Assembly (NCBI GenBank): GCA_963774895.1
Contig: CAVZGN010000001.1
Span: 292,495-356,494, forward strand
Length of the DNA: 64,000 bases
Source: an uncultured Pseudomonadota bacterium
GTDB lineage: Bacteria > Pseudomonadota > Gammaproteobacteria > Natronospirales > REEB76
Direction: 5' to 3'
The position numbers and the translations under genes are program-made. Below the pieces are notes generated by a model. The model made no database searches and had not been told where the DNA came from. It saw nothing but the letters and a program-made list of their open reading frames with translations. Positions 1-9,684 of this stretch are shown here, piece by piece (positions within the stretch are counted from its first letter, which is position 1; each line of letters starts with the position of its first letter).

Positions 1-739
1 CTATGCGGATCTCGCCAAGTACTACGCCGACCCGCGTTTCTACCAAGCGCCGATCAAGGGCCTGCTGTCGGACCAGTACGCTGACCAGCGCCGCCAACTG
101 ATCAATCTCAGCCACGCCAACCCGGACATTGGGCCCGGCGATCCGCGCCTGTTCAACGGCGACACCACCGATTTCGAGACCGCAGACGAAAGCGGCATGA
201 TGGTCTCCATGATCCAGTCCAACTACGCCGGCATGGGCTCGGGTCTGGTCCCCGACGGGCTGGGCTTCATGTTCCAGGATCGCGGTGCGCTGTACTCGTT
301 GCAAGACGGTGCCGCCAACGTGTACGCGCCGCGCAAGCGCCCGTTCCACACCATCATCCCGGCCTTCGTGATGAAGCACGGCCAGCCGTGGCTCGCGTTC
401 GGTGTGATGGGCGGCGACATGCAGCCGCAAGGCCATGTGCAGGTGCTGGTCAACATGATCGACTTCGGCATGAACGTACAGGAGGCCGGAGACGCCGCCC
501 GCTGGCGGCACTACGGCGACGCCACCCCCACCGGGCTGCCGTCGCAGGGCATCGGCACGGTGGAGATGGAAACCGGCTTCGATCCGGCCGTGAAGGCGGA
601 GCTGGCCAAACGCGGCTATAAGATCGTGCCCGGCACCGGCGCCTTCGGTGGCTATGAGGCGATCATGTACGACCCGATACAACATATGTACTGGGGCGCC
701 AGCGAGATGCGCAAGGATGGCGAAGTGATTGGATACTGA
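1..739 (+). CDS. ggt: Gamma-glutamyltransferase family protein, C-terminal part (5' end outside the window)
   Basis: The frame is open from nt 2 (YADLAKYYADP...NGDTTDFETADESGMMVSMIQSNY). It includes the autocleavage Thr region (GDTT), GMGSG, PRKRPFHTIIP, FGVMGGDMQPQGH and the terminal SEMRKDG motif typical of GGT small subunits. Confidence 0.92.
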   Translation, partial: YADLAKYYADPRFYQAPIKGLLSDQYADQRRQLINLSHANPDIGPGDPRLFNGDTTDFETADESGMMVSMIQSNYAGMGSGLVPDGLGFMFQDRGALYSLQDGAANVYAPRKRPFHTIIPAFVMKHGQPWLAFGVMGGDMQPQGHVQVLVNMIDFGMNVQEAGDAARWRHYGDATPTGLPSQGIGTVEMETGFDPAVKAELAKRGYKIVPGTGAFGGYEAIMYDPIQHMYWGASEMRKDGEVIGY

Positions 740-752
740 TACTAATTTATTA

Positions 753-798
753 CTACGAACTAGGTAGGTCGGAAGTTCAAATCTCTCCAGGGGCGCCA
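753..798 (+). pseudogene. Degenerate 3' half of tRNA-Arg(ACG), att-like remnant, copy 1
   Basis: CTACGAACTAGGTAGGTCGGAAGTTCAAATCTCTCCAGGGGCGCCA has an anticodon loop (CTACGAA), a T-arm (GTTCAAATC) and a CCA end. There is no 5' half or D-arm upstream. Confidence 0.72.
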
Positions 799-832
799 AA
801 TAGAAATGCCCACTATTGGGCATTTCTATTTT
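798..832 (+). terminator. Intrinsic terminator following tRNA remnant 1
   Basis: Perfect 15-bp stem AAATAGAAATGCCCA/TGGGCATTTCTATTT with a CTAT loop and a T-rich 3' end. Confidence 0.75.
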
Positions 833-1107
833 GTCATAATCCGAAAGGTGTTCCGTGCCGACGCTATGATCAGCGTACACCGGCGGACATCCAGCACCGA
901 ACAGTAAGGCCAGCTTATGGGGCAGTGCGGACGTCTTAAGCACTTTGCCGTAAGCAACGGTCTGGAATTGATACACAGCCCGCCGTCCACGCACTCCCGC
1001 AGGCTACAAATATCAGGTATGTCCTGATGCCACAACCCGCCATTTTCCGATTGTGCAACTGGCCGCATCCGGACATATTCACTGCATGCAAATAAGCTGG
1101 AGACCCG

Positions 1108-1515
1108 ATGAATACCCATGAGACAACCGGACATATCCGCGTGTTACTCGCCGACGATAATGCTTATTTCATGGAAAACATGCGTCATATGCTTTCCAGG
1201 TATGAGTGGTTGCAGATAGTGGGCTCAGCTTACAACAGCAATGAGTGCCTCGCGCTGGTCGCTGAGCTGCATCCCGATGTAGTGGTTCTGGATCTGGAAA
1301 TACCGGAAATAAACGGTTTTGAAATCACCAAGCGCATCCAGTCACTGTCTACCAAGCCCCGCATTATCATTTTGTCGTTTTATGATGAACCTGAATACCG
1401 TGAGGGTGGGCAGAATCTGGGCGTGTTTGGATACGTCTCGAAAGCCGAGATCTCAACCGATCTGATCCCAATGCTGCGGGATCTTTCTCAAGTACATGAG
1501 TGCAGGACTGCTTGA
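1108..1515 (+). CDS. Stand-alone response regulator receiver domain (NarL-type REC, no output domain)
   Basis: Motifs RVLLADDN, PDVVVLDLEIP (phospho-acceptor Asp), IIILS and GYVSK are present. The 135-aa protein ends without an HTH. Confidence 0.85.
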   Translation: MNTHETTGHIRVLLADDNAYFMENMRHMLSRYEWLQIVGSAYNSNECLALVAELHPDVVVLDLEIPEINGFEITKRIQSLSTKPRIIILSFYDEPEYREGGQNLGVFGYVSKAEISTDLIPMLRDLSQVHECRTA

Positions 1516-1677
1516 TCCCACCTGTTTACACCATCATCACTCTTCGATCCTTGGACTTACATAGCGGTCATAACATCACCTTGTTTGTGGAAAACTGACG
1601 CAATTTGTCAGTTCCTGTGGCTGCTGAACAGCACAAAATAACACGCTCAATATCTCAGATTACAGGGCACAACGGTT

Positions 1678-1693
1678 TGGCACCAGATATGCA
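1678..1693 (+). promoter_or_regulatory. Candidate sigma-54 (-24/-12) promoter
   Basis: TGGCACCAGATATGCA has exact GG-N10-GC spacing and one mismatch to TGGCAC-N5-TTGCW. Confidence 0.5.
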
Positions 1694-1741
1694 TATATTT
1701 AGGTGTAGGAGACGTATACGTAAAAAAATTGGTGAATTGTC

Positions 1742-1876
1742 ATGTTCAGACACATACGCAACCTGGCTCTTACCTGTGCCACCACAATGCCGCTAGCCAT
1801 CGCGGCCGTCTGTTTGATGTGCATTCTGTTCACAATGGCCGTTCTGCATTTATTCCATGAACAGCTGAGGTTTTAG
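1742..1876 (+). CDS. Putative 44-aa single-pass membrane protein (absent from the ORF track)
   Basis: Hand translation: MFRHIRNLALTCATTMPLAIAAVCLMCILFTMAVLHLFHEQLRF*. Basic N-terminus followed by a hydrophobic stretch, downstream of the sigma-54 motif. Confidence 0.35.
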   Translation: MFRHIRNLALTCATTMPLAIAAVCLMCILFTMAVLHLFHEQLRF

Positions 1877-1892
1877 ACAGGGTTAATGAATC

Positions 1893-2147
1893 ATGTATAC
1901 CATAGCCGATGACTTCTGGGATAGTTACTTCCGGCATAAGAAAGAAATGCGCAGCCTGAGACGTGAAGCCACCAACGCCCCAGTTCTACGCCGTATTACT
2001 TCAGTGGGTATAAACGAGGTGCCTGATCGTATAGTTCACACGAATCAGGCGGGGCGCAATAACAGACCACAGATAAGAAATATTACTGGGGAATGGAATA
2101 CACACAGTCACCCTGGGGCTAACAGCAGCCATTTTAGAAATCGATAG
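1893..2147 (+). CDS. Hypothetical protein
   Basis: 84-aa ATG-start ORF with no recognisable motif, followed by an imperfect hairpin at about 2180-2210. Confidence 0.3.
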   Translation: MYTIADDFWDSYFRHKKEMRSLRREATNAPVLRRITSVGINEVPDRIVHTNQAGRNNRPQIRNITGEWNTHSHPGANSSHFRNR

Positions 2148-2432
2148 AATCCAATGGGTCCATATTATTCATGAGATTCTGTCGGCGATCCCAGCAGATG
2201 ACCGCCGACAACCTGGCAATAATGCTTTATTGCTGTGGTACTTCTTGCGTGTCTCTTCGACATTACCGGTGAAACGCGGATCCTGCTGGCGTTCATTGCT
2301 CATCACAAATACCGCCACGTCCCACACGTCCTGGCCTGATGATGTGCCACCGGCGACCGATGGCGAGTTTGTGACTAAGTGCGAGCCAGCTATCTGGTAA
2401 ATTTATAAACAGGCATATTAATTTAGCTGTCA

Positions 2433-2477
2433 CTGCGAACCAGGGGACTGAGAGTCCGAATCTCTCCAGGCGCGCCA
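2433..2477 (+). pseudogene. Degenerate 3' half of tRNA-Arg, att-like remnant, copy 2
   Basis: CTGCGAACCAGGGGACTGAGAGTCCGAATCTCTCCAGGCGCGCCA is an imperfect direct repeat of 753-798 and shares the AATCTCTCCAGG..GCGCCAAATA core. Confidence 0.65.
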
Positions 2478-2511
2478 AATAATAATGCTCCTTCGTGGGG
2501 CATTTTATTTT
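2477..2511 (+). terminator. Intrinsic terminator following tRNA remnant 2
   Basis: Hairpin AAATAATAATGCTCC-TTCGT-GGGGCATTTTATTTT, homologous to 798-832. Confidence 0.6.
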
Positions 2512-2619
2512 GCTATTATAAAGTACTTAAATCCGACATCCGCAATATTACAGAGTTCTTCCAAAGGAGTATAAAATTATGGCTTACAGATCCACATGGA
2601 TTAACTTTCGGAAGGAGAT

Positions 2620-3375
2620 TTGATATCCATGTTGGACAAGGCTCAGCTGTACCCCGGAAAGTATAAGCACGATCAAGTGAACTTCGTTCCTGAATCGTTA
2701 TTCGGATTCTGGTTTCTGGGTACGCATATATGGGAACGACATGTCATCCAGATCACACTCGATGATTTGATGCATCTGATCAGTGCACGGAAGAATTCAT
2801 ATCCAGTGATACTGGATGCAGGCTGCGGCCAAGGTCGTGCATTGCAACTGCTATATTCAAGGCTTCACCCGCGACGACTTATCGGTTTAGATGCTGAAGA
2901 AAAAGCCCTAGTACGTGCTCGCAAGCAAGCTGCGCGGAATGGATTGGAAGTTGAATTCTTAAAGGGTGATTGTGCCTCGATTGATCTGCCGGACATCAGC
3001 GTTGACTTGCTTTTTTGTCACCAGACTTTCCATCATCTAGTACATCAGGAAAAAGCCCTGGCTGAATTTTACCGGGTACTCAAACCCGGCGGGTTGCTGT
3101 TGTTTGCGGAATCCACGCGTGCATACATCGATACCTGGGTTATTCGTCTGTTGTTCAGGCATCCCGTGGAAGCTCAGCGCAGCGCCGAAGAATATCTCTC
3201 GATGATTCGGAACGCAGGGTTTATGTTTGATTCATGTAATGTGTTGCTGCCCTATCGCTGGTGGAGCCGTACCACTCTAAACGGCTTGCTGGAACTATGC
3301 CGCCTGCGGCGTGTGCCACCGCCGGGGCAGCGCCAGGAAACCTTGGTGTTTCTAGTTGGAGCAAAGCCTTATTAG
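2620..3375 (+). CDS. Class I SAM-dependent methyltransferase (cluster-associated)
   Basis: Motif I ILDAGCGQG, plus HQTFHH and RVLKPGG. Convergent with the cluster fabG. Confidence 0.88.
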   Translation: MISMLDKAQLYPGKYKHDQVNFVPESLFGFWFLGTHIWERHVIQITLDDLMHLISARKNSYPVILDAGCGQGRALQLLYSRLHPRRLIGLDAEEKALVRARKQAARNGLEVEFLKGDCASIDLPDISVDLLFCHQTFHHLVHQEKALAEFYRVLKPGGLLLFAESTRAYIDTWVIRLLFRHPVEAQRSAEEYLSMIRNAGFMFDSCNVLLPYRWWSRTTLNGLLELCRLRRVPPPGQRQETLVFLVGAKPY

Positions 3376-3454
3376 AGACTAGCAGCTAATCGATTCTGCA
3401 CTTGCTCCTAATTGTTTAATTCTTACCTACATGTGTGAAAGCGTTGCACAGACA

Positions 3455-4186
3455 TTAAAATAATCCTCCATTTACTGAAAATACTTGACGTGTAATATAT
3501 CCTGCAGAGTCTGAAAACAGAAAAGCCACGAGTCCCGCAATTTCTTCAGGGCGTCCAAGTCGGCCGAGTGGGATCTGACTGATGATTTCTTCGAGGGACA
3601 AGCCGTGGAGCATCTCAGTTTCAATCAGTCCCGGCGCAACACAGTTTACGGTTATTCTGCGGCTGGCTAGCTCAACCGCCAGCGCTTTGCTGGCCCCGAT
3701 AATGCCGGCCTTGGCTGCGCTGTAATTGGTTTGACCCCGATTACCGATAAGACCCGACATCGAGGCCATAGTTATGATGCGACCACCATCGCGCATGCGT
3801 ACCAGCGGCATTACCAAGGGATGCAACAGATTATAGAAGGCGTCCAGATTGACGGCCATAACACGATCCCAGTCCTCGCCGGACATGGCAGCAAACGTAT
3901 TGTCGGCGGTGATGCCGGCGTTGCATACCACGCCCCAGTACGCGCCATGCTTATCCAGTTCCACCTGTAGGACACGCTGCGTCGCGTCGCGATCAGTGAG
4001 GTCAAAAGTGAGTGTGTGAGCATCGCCACCGTTAGCAATTATTTTCCGTGCCAGGGCATCTGCTTTTGCTGCGTTGTGGTGATAATGCAAACTGACATCA
4101 AAACCCGCAGCGCCGAGCTGGCTGGCGATCGCACCGCCGATACCACCACTTGCACCAGTGACCAAAACTCTTTTAGGTTCACTCAC
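3455..4186 (-). CDS. fabG: 3-oxoacyl-ACP reductase (ApeQ-like FabG)
   Basis: SDR motifs VTGASGGIG, NAGI, YSAAK and VNCVAPGLIETEM. Confidence 0.93.
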   Translation of the reverse strand: MSEPKRVLVTGASGGIGGAIASQLGAAGFDVSLHYHHNAAKADALARKIIANGGDAHTLTFDLTDRDATQRVLQVELDKHGAYWGVVCNAGITADNTFAAMSGEDWDRVMAVNLDAFYNLLHPLVMPLVRMRDGGRIITMASMSGLIGNRGQTNYSAAKAGIIGASKALAVELASRRITVNCVAPGLIETEMLHGLSLEEIISQIPLGRLGRPEEIAGLVAFLFSDSAGYITRQVFSVNGGLF

Positions 4187-4626
4187 GGCATATTCTCCGG
4201 GTCGATTTCAATAACAATTAACCTGGCCTTCGCCAGCGTTTGTCCCTCACACTCGATAGTACAAGCACAAGCGCCAATACCGCCGCTATCCCCGAATTCA
4301 CGCTCTGCCAGGATTTCCAATCGCGCGCCTTCACGAAAGTATGGTGTCATAGATTGATAATGGCGTGTGCCCAGTAACATGCCGGTCCGCGGAGGTTGGC
4401 GCGAATGACGCCCCATTATTCCTGCATGCGCAGCAATCGCTTGTGCCATGAGTTCGATACCGACCCATGATGGCACACCATGATCGGCGATATAGAAGGG
4501 ATGCTCACGTGTAATAAGCGCGACTACACGAATGCTGTCTTTAGAATCCATTAATACTTTTTCTATCAATACAGCGCGTCCCTGATGGGGAAGTAACTTG
4601 GCAGTCGGTGGGAATGGTGCTTTCAT
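4183..4626 (-). CDS. Hotdog-fold 3-hydroxyacyl-ACP dehydratase (ApeP-like)
   Basis: Motifs LLPHQG, GIELMAQAIAAH and GMLLGTR. The ATG at 4626 overlaps the stop codon of the upstream KS. Confidence 0.85.
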   Translation of the reverse strand: MKAPFPPTAKLLPHQGRAVLIEKVLMDSKDSIRVVALITREHPFYIADHGVPSWVGIELMAQAIAAHAGIMGRHSRQPPRTGMLLGTRHYQSMTPYFREGARLEILAEREFGDSGGIGACACTIECEGQTLAKARLIVIEIDPENMP

Positions 4627-5804
4627 TAGCCACGACCCAAGACAATGCATGCATTGTTACCACCAAATGCAAATGAATTGCTGACGGCGATATTACAAAC
4701 ACAAGGGGCACAATCGAGTGAGCATAAGTTCAGTTGGGCCAGTTTTGGATCCGCTTCGCGATCCCATAGATGTGGAGGAAGACGTGTCGGTAAAGACTCG
4801 GTCAACAACATCCAGCAGAAAGCAGTTTCAGTGGCGCCAGCTGCTCCTAGCATATGGCCTACAAGTGGCTTAGTAGAACTGCACGGTACTGTCGTCCCCA
4901 GCACACGCTCGACGACATGACTTTCCATCAAATCGTTCTCGATCGTGGCGGTACCATGCAAATTCATATAATCCACCGCCTTTGGCTTTACACCCGCATC
5001 CGAAAGTGCTTGACGCATTGCGAGTTCGGCACCGCGTCCTTCAGGATCGGGGCCCGAGATATGATAGGCATCGGATGATTCACCGATTCCAAGTAGGCAC
5101 ACGGGCCCCGGATCGCAGCTCATCAGGAATATTGCTGCGCCTTCCCCGATGTTGATGCCGTCGCGATTTTTGCTGAACGGATTACAGATATTTTTCGATA
5201 GCGATTCAAGCGCCGCGAAACCATTGAGTGTAAGGCGGCATAGTGAATCAACACCACCCACAATCACCGCATCACATAGCCCGGTAGTGAGCAGGCGCCG
5301 GGCAGAGGAAAATGCCTTGGCGCTGGAAGTGCAGGCAGTGGATACGGTCCAAGCCGGACCGCGGACGCCCAACGCATTGCGTAGGTATTCACCGGGGCTA
5401 CTAATTTCCTGCTGCAAATAACTGTAACCCGCTGGGAACACACCATCATGCAGATAGGTAGCCAGACCACGCTCACCTTCGGCGATACCCGCAGTGCTGG
5501 TACCGAGCACGATGCCCACACGAGTCGTGCCATAACGGGCGAGAGCGGATTCAATCTGATTCTGGATTTGAAGGGTGGCGGCACGCAAAAGACGATTATT
5601 ACGCGACGCGTACTCTATCCATCGCGGTTCCAGTTCAGGTAGGTCGTTCATCACTGCGCCCACGCATACCGTGCGGCAGGGTATCAGATCATCCCGTGCC
5701 TGCATTCCCGATGTGGCGCCTTTGGACAAGGCAGCACGAACGCCGTCCACATCGTTACCCAGTGCATTAATGATGCCAAGTGCATGTAGAAACACACGCG
5801 TCAT
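4626..5804 (-). CDS. Beta-ketoacyl-ACP synthase (ApeO-like KS)
   Basis: Cys-His-His triad in STACTSSAKA, LHGTAT and KPLVGHMLGAAG, with C-terminal SNSFAFGGNN. Confidence 0.92.
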   Translation of the reverse strand: MTRVFLHALGIINALGNDVDGVRAALSKGATSGMQARDDLIPCRTVCVGAVMNDLPELEPRWIEYASRNNRLLRAATLQIQNQIESALARYGTTRVGIVLGTSTAGIAEGERGLATYLHDGVFPAGYSYLQQEISSPGEYLRNALGVRGPAWTVSTACTSSAKAFSSARRLLTTGLCDAVIVGGVDSLCRLTLNGFAALESLSKNICNPFSKNRDGINIGEGAAIFLMSCDPGPVCLLGIGESSDAYHISGPDPEGRGAELAMRQALSDAGVKPKAVDYMNLHGTATIENDLMESHVVERVLGTTVPCSSTKPLVGHMLGAAGATETAFCWMLLTESLPTRLPPHLWDREADPKLAQLNLCSLDCAPCVCNIAVSNSFAFGGNNACIVLGRG

Positions 5805-6382
5805 GGTTGCGGAACGCCGTTTGCAACCGGCGTCATTCGTACTGACAAATTCTCAGATGGAATCTGGATATCAATTTGTGCATCGGCGAGCGGTGCATTT
5901 GATATCTCAATGCGGGCGATTAAACGGTCATGCTCGAACAGTTCGCGCACCTGGCCGTGATTATCTGTGTTCACGTTGATGGTTAAGTGATGTAGTCGGC
6001 TCTTCAATATAGCGGGGTCGGCAACCGACAACTCCAACATTACCACAAGCATTTTGGGTCGGATATCGGTTTGCGGCGCTTCGCTAGTGATTGTATGTCC
6101 ATCATATACAACCATAAACAGATTGGTGCCGAAAAGACTGGTACCAGCCAGTCGCAGTGTATCCGCATTTATCTGCAATTGGCCCAAAAACACATCTTCA
6201 TGGCCATCGCGACGAATATTGACCATGTGGGTTGCGCGCACCGCCGGTAGTGCTTCCGGCGCGAGCAGGCAAACGTACCCACTGCGCCCCACCGGGGTGC
6301 AATCGGGCATGGCGGGTGCCGATGCGCAGCCAGCAACCAGCGCTATCATCGGTAGTATCAACAGGCAAGTCCGATGGATCAT
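5801..6382 (-). CDS. Lipoprotein, DUF3261/ApeN-like
   Basis: Start at 6382 (ATGA overlap with the MMPL stop). Signal peptide with lipobox LVAGC, in the ApeN position between MMPL and KS. Confidence 0.7.
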   Translation of the reverse strand: MIHRTCLLILPMIALVAGCASAPAMPDCTPVGRSGYVCLLAPEALPAVRATHMVNIRRDGHEDVFLGQLQINADTLRLAGTSLFGTNLFMVVYDGHTITSEAPQTDIRPKMLVVMLELSVADPAILKSRLHHLTINVNTDNHGQVRELFEHDRLIARIEISNAPLADAQIDIQIPSENLSVRMTPVANGVPQP

Positions 6383-8697
6383 GCCAGACCCCCATGGGTT
6401 GGCGGCAAGGATAACGGAGTGCTCAAATAACTGGCCAATATGCCTATCAATGTGGCCAACCCGAAGGCATGCAGCGCGGGTATCTGGCTCAAGGCAAGCA
6501 GGCCGAATGAACAAAGGGTGGTCAGAGCCGAGAGCGTGACCGCCAGTGCAGAAGGTTGCAGATGCGCGATGCCTTCACGCAGAAACACCGCGTAGTCACG
6601 TCCCAATCCCAGAATCAAAATCAATGCGACTACCACGAATATGTTCACGGGTACGTTGAGCCAGCCGAGTACCCCGAGCGTGATAGCCAGTGCCAGTAAC
6701 GGCGGAAATAGCATGCGCAATGCCTCACGGCGACCGTATCGCCATAACAGGATCGCCGAAATCAGCAAATAGCCGATGATCACCAGCCAGCTGGCACGCA
6801 CCCGGATGCGATGGAAAGTATCCGTAATGCGCGTCAGCGGCGCAACGAAACTAACACCTGATACCGCAGCAGCAGCCTGTTGTAGTACTACGGGATCGAT
6901 GTCCGTGCGGCTGTTGACGGTTGCGAGCAGTGCAACAGTGTTACCTGCCGGGATTACGAAAGCTTTTAGATCGGGTGAGGCTTCAAACAGGGTCTGAGCG
7001 CGCAATAGCTGGTGTGTTGCTGTTCGCCATTCAGCTGTGATGCGCGTTGCTAATGCCACCGGCAGGCCGAGACGTATGAAAGCGCGGTCAAGTGCCGTGG
7101 GGGTAGCGAATATTTTATCCCAGGCAGAGAGACTTGCGCGTTGTTGCAGCATTGAGGGAAGGAAACGCGACAGTCCCAGCAGCGCGGCATCGGGCAGTGT
7201 TTGTCGGAGATTTGCAAACAGCGTCTCTTCACGATGCAACGCCTGATCCAAATCAGACGCTTCGATCAGAAAATACCCGGGAGGCGGGATCTGTCCCAGG
7301 GCGCTGCGAATCTCTTGATCGCTGTGTGTGAGTTGTCGCGGAAAGTGTTGCAGATCACGCACGTCGTCGCTGGTGTGCAAACGTAGCCAGCCTGGTATTG
7401 CCAGCAGCAAGGCCAGCACCGGCAGCAGATAGCGCCAGTAGGAAGGCCGGCTGGCGAACTTGATGAAGCGTTGGGGCCAGACTGCTGCTGGATGCAAGGT
7501 GACGCGGGAATGTTGTGTTAGTGTGACCGGAAAGATCAGCACGACTACTAGCCCGGCTTCCAGCAGACCGGCGACCGAGAACACCGCGATTTGGTTGAGT
7601 GCTGGGAAACCTGCCAGTGACAGGAATGCGAATGCCACCACACCGGTGAGCAGCCCCATATACAAGCCAGGACGTACATTGCGCATCACATCCTTCGGCG
7701 TACTTTCGCCGAACCAATATTCGGCGAAATACAGGAATGCGTAATCGATGGCGATACCGAGCAATGTAGTCCCGAATACTAGGGTCAATATCTGGATGGA
7801 ACCAAAGCAAGCAATCACCGCGGCGCTGGCTGCCAAAATGCTGGCAACCAGCTGCAATGCTGCCAGTACATGCGGTGCCAGACTGCGGAACACGAAAGCG
7901 ATCAAAGCCATGATCAGCAAGGTAGAGACGATTGTTAGCCACTGGATCTCATGCTGTGCTTCGTTACGCGCGGCATCGGTGTACAGGGATGCACCGGTGG
8001 CGAGGATCCTGCAGGGGCCACAGGTCTTAAGTACGGCTGCTTCGGCATGACGTGTCGCGCGTGCCGCTAAAGCCGCGCCTTGTTCGTCAAATGCGGAACC
8101 AAGAAGCTGCATGTGAACCAGGTAATAGCGTTGGCCGCCGCGCACGGCGGTTAGGAACGGCCCATCCGGCAGAAAATCCGGATAGGGGCGCGGTAATTCC
8201 GAGATGAAACGGTTGAGGTATCCACCCGGGTCGCTCTCGAACACATTCACCATGGCGGTTGGGCTCGCCATCGATGCAGCGACATCAGTTGCGAATGCAT
8301 TCACGCCGCCTTTATCAAGGCGTGCAGTTTGTGCAGCGTTCAGCAATGCGAAGTGGTGTGCCTGGTAGATCTTTAGCAGGCGCTCCAGCTCCCGAACTGA
8401 ATTATCCATGCGCAAGCCGGCCGCCAATAATGCCTGTTGTGCGGCTAATGCGGCACTGCGTGTTTGTGGCGTGTCCTCACCACTGACCAGTACCAGCAAT
8501 TGGTGTGCGAACGCATCCCGGCTACGCTTAGTGGCGGCGGCGATAGCTGGCGATTCTTGTTCACCGGGCAACAGGGAGAGAATGTCAGTATTGATCGGAT
8601 GCTGGATATCCATGCGTATCCAGGCAATGATGCACAACACGCTTAGGGAAGCGAGCCAGATAGCCCATCTGGCGGCTGTCGGAAGGGTCATTCTCAA
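6379..8697 (-). CDS. MMPL family exporter (ApeM-like)
   Basis: 772 aa with two multi-TM blocks and motifs INTDILSLLP, GIAIDYA and GLGRDYAVF. Confidence 0.88.
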   Translation of the reverse strand: MRMTLPTAARWAIWLASLSVLCIIAWIRMDIQHPINTDILSLLPGEQESPAIAAATKRSRDAFAHQLLVLVSGEDTPQTRSAALAAQQALLAAGLRMDNSVRELERLLKIYQAHHFALLNAAQTARLDKGGVNAFATDVAASMASPTAMVNVFESDPGGYLNRFISELPRPYPDFLPDGPFLTAVRGGQRYYLVHMQLLGSAFDEQGAALAARATRHAEAAVLKTCGPCRILATGASLYTDAARNEAQHEIQWLTIVSTLLIMALIAFVFRSLAPHVLAALQLVASILAASAAVIACFGSIQILTLVFGTTLLGIAIDYAFLYFAEYWFGESTPKDVMRNVRPGLYMGLLTGVVAFAFLSLAGFPALNQIAVFSVAGLLEAGLVVVLIFPVTLTQHSRVTLHPAAVWPQRFIKFASRPSYWRYLLPVLALLLAIPGWLRLHTSDDVRDLQHFPRQLTHSDQEIRSALGQIPPPGYFLIEASDLDQALHREETLFANLRQTLPDAALLGLSRFLPSMLQQRASLSAWDKIFATPTALDRAFIRLGLPVALATRITAEWRTATHQLLRAQTLFEASPDLKAFVIPAGNTVALLATVNSRTDIDPVVLQQAAAAVSGVSFVAPLTRITDTFHRIRVRASWLVIIGYLLISAILLWRYGRREALRMLFPPLLALAITLGVLGWLNVPVNIFVVVALILILGLGRDYAVFLREGIAHLQPSALAVTLSALTTLCSFGLLALSQIPALHAFGLATLIGILASYLSTPLSLPPTHGGLA

Positions 8698-9266
8698 ACC
8701 CCGGATGGTCTGCTGGATAGGGGTGAGAAGCGAATTTTCATGCTGCCACCCGAATTATCCTTGATGATAAGACTTTCAGGATGACCCGGCGATATTTCTG
8801 TCACCTGGATGGTATCGATAGTACCGGCTATGGGGCCCGGCTTGGGTTTCAACAGGATTTTCTGGCCTTTGGGCAGTTGCATGATGCTCACAGCAAAGTA
8901 CTGCTGCAGGTCTGAACGATCCCCAGACAGTGCACTGACAAAGATGCGTTCGATGGCTGCCAGCCATGGCGTCTGCTCAGGATCAAGTTGCCGGATTGTA
9001 CCGTCCGGTAATTGTTCTTGTGCATGCTCACCGTCCATTTCGAACACATAGTGATACGGTGAATTGATTTCCCAGCGGAATCCGTGAGCATTATCAATAT
9101 GAACTATGCCGCGACTGACAAGCGGTGTATTAAAACCCGGCAGTGTTCGAGTCTGCACAAAGCTTGCATCGAAATCCGATGATAATAGGGACGTGTTGCC
9201 GGCGGCCGATGCTACGGATGCCGCGCACACAACCCACACACCTGCCAGTAAGTGCGAATATTTCAT
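8694..9266 (-). CDS. LolA-like periplasmic lipid carrier (ApeL-like)
   Basis: Signal peptide and FVQTRTLPGFNTPLVSRG...WEINSPY pattern, directly upstream of MMPL. Confidence 0.82.
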   Translation of the reverse strand: MKYSHLLAGVWVVCAASVASAAGNTSLLSSDFDASFVQTRTLPGFNTPLVSRGIVHIDNAHGFRWEINSPYHYVFEMDGEHAQEQLPDGTIRQLDPEQTPWLAAIERIFVSALSGDRSDLQQYFAVSIMQLPKGQKILLKPKPGPIAGTIDTIQVTEISPGHPESLIIKDNSGGSMKIRFSPLSSRPSGV

Positions 9267-9682
9267 AAATAATTCTTAAGGCGTTCCAGCAACGCTGGGG
9301 GACTGACCAACTGCAGTTCTTGGGTATGCGCGTCAAGGGCGCACTGGATGGTATAACCTTTGGTGAGACGCTTGCCGTTTACGACATCCAGAACTAGGTA
9401 ATCGATCTTCATACGATTTTCCCACTCCATCAATGAAGCGCTTACACGTATGTGTTGCCCATAGCGCAGAGGTTTTATGAAACGCGTATGCACCTCGATT
9501 ATGGGCCACAGGAAGTTTGATGCTTGCATCTGTGGATAGTCATAATTAATTTTGCGCAACAACTCTGCACGCGCGGCTTCGAAATATCGGAAATAATTAC
9601 CATGCCATGCAACTTGCATGGGATCGACGTCCTGAAACGGGATCTGGATGTCGACTGTGGCAGAAATTAAAGCCTTGGGCAT
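9263..9682 (-). CDS. Acyl-CoA/ACP thioesterase, 4HBT-type (ApeK-like)
   Basis: Motif FQDVDPMQVAWHGNYFRYFEAAR. Confidence 0.88.
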   Translation of the reverse strand: MPKALISATVDIQIPFQDVDPMQVAWHGNYFRYFEAARAELLRKINYDYPQMQASNFLWPIIEVHTRFIKPLRYGQHIRVSASLMEWENRMKIDYLVLDVVNGKRLTKGYTIQCALDAHTQELQLVSPPALLERLKNYL

Positions 9683-9684
9683 GG

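Noticed and set aside
753-798. Functional tRNA gene
   Set aside because: It lacks the 5' acceptor strand and D-arm, and the T-arm pairing is degraded. Treated as a remnant.
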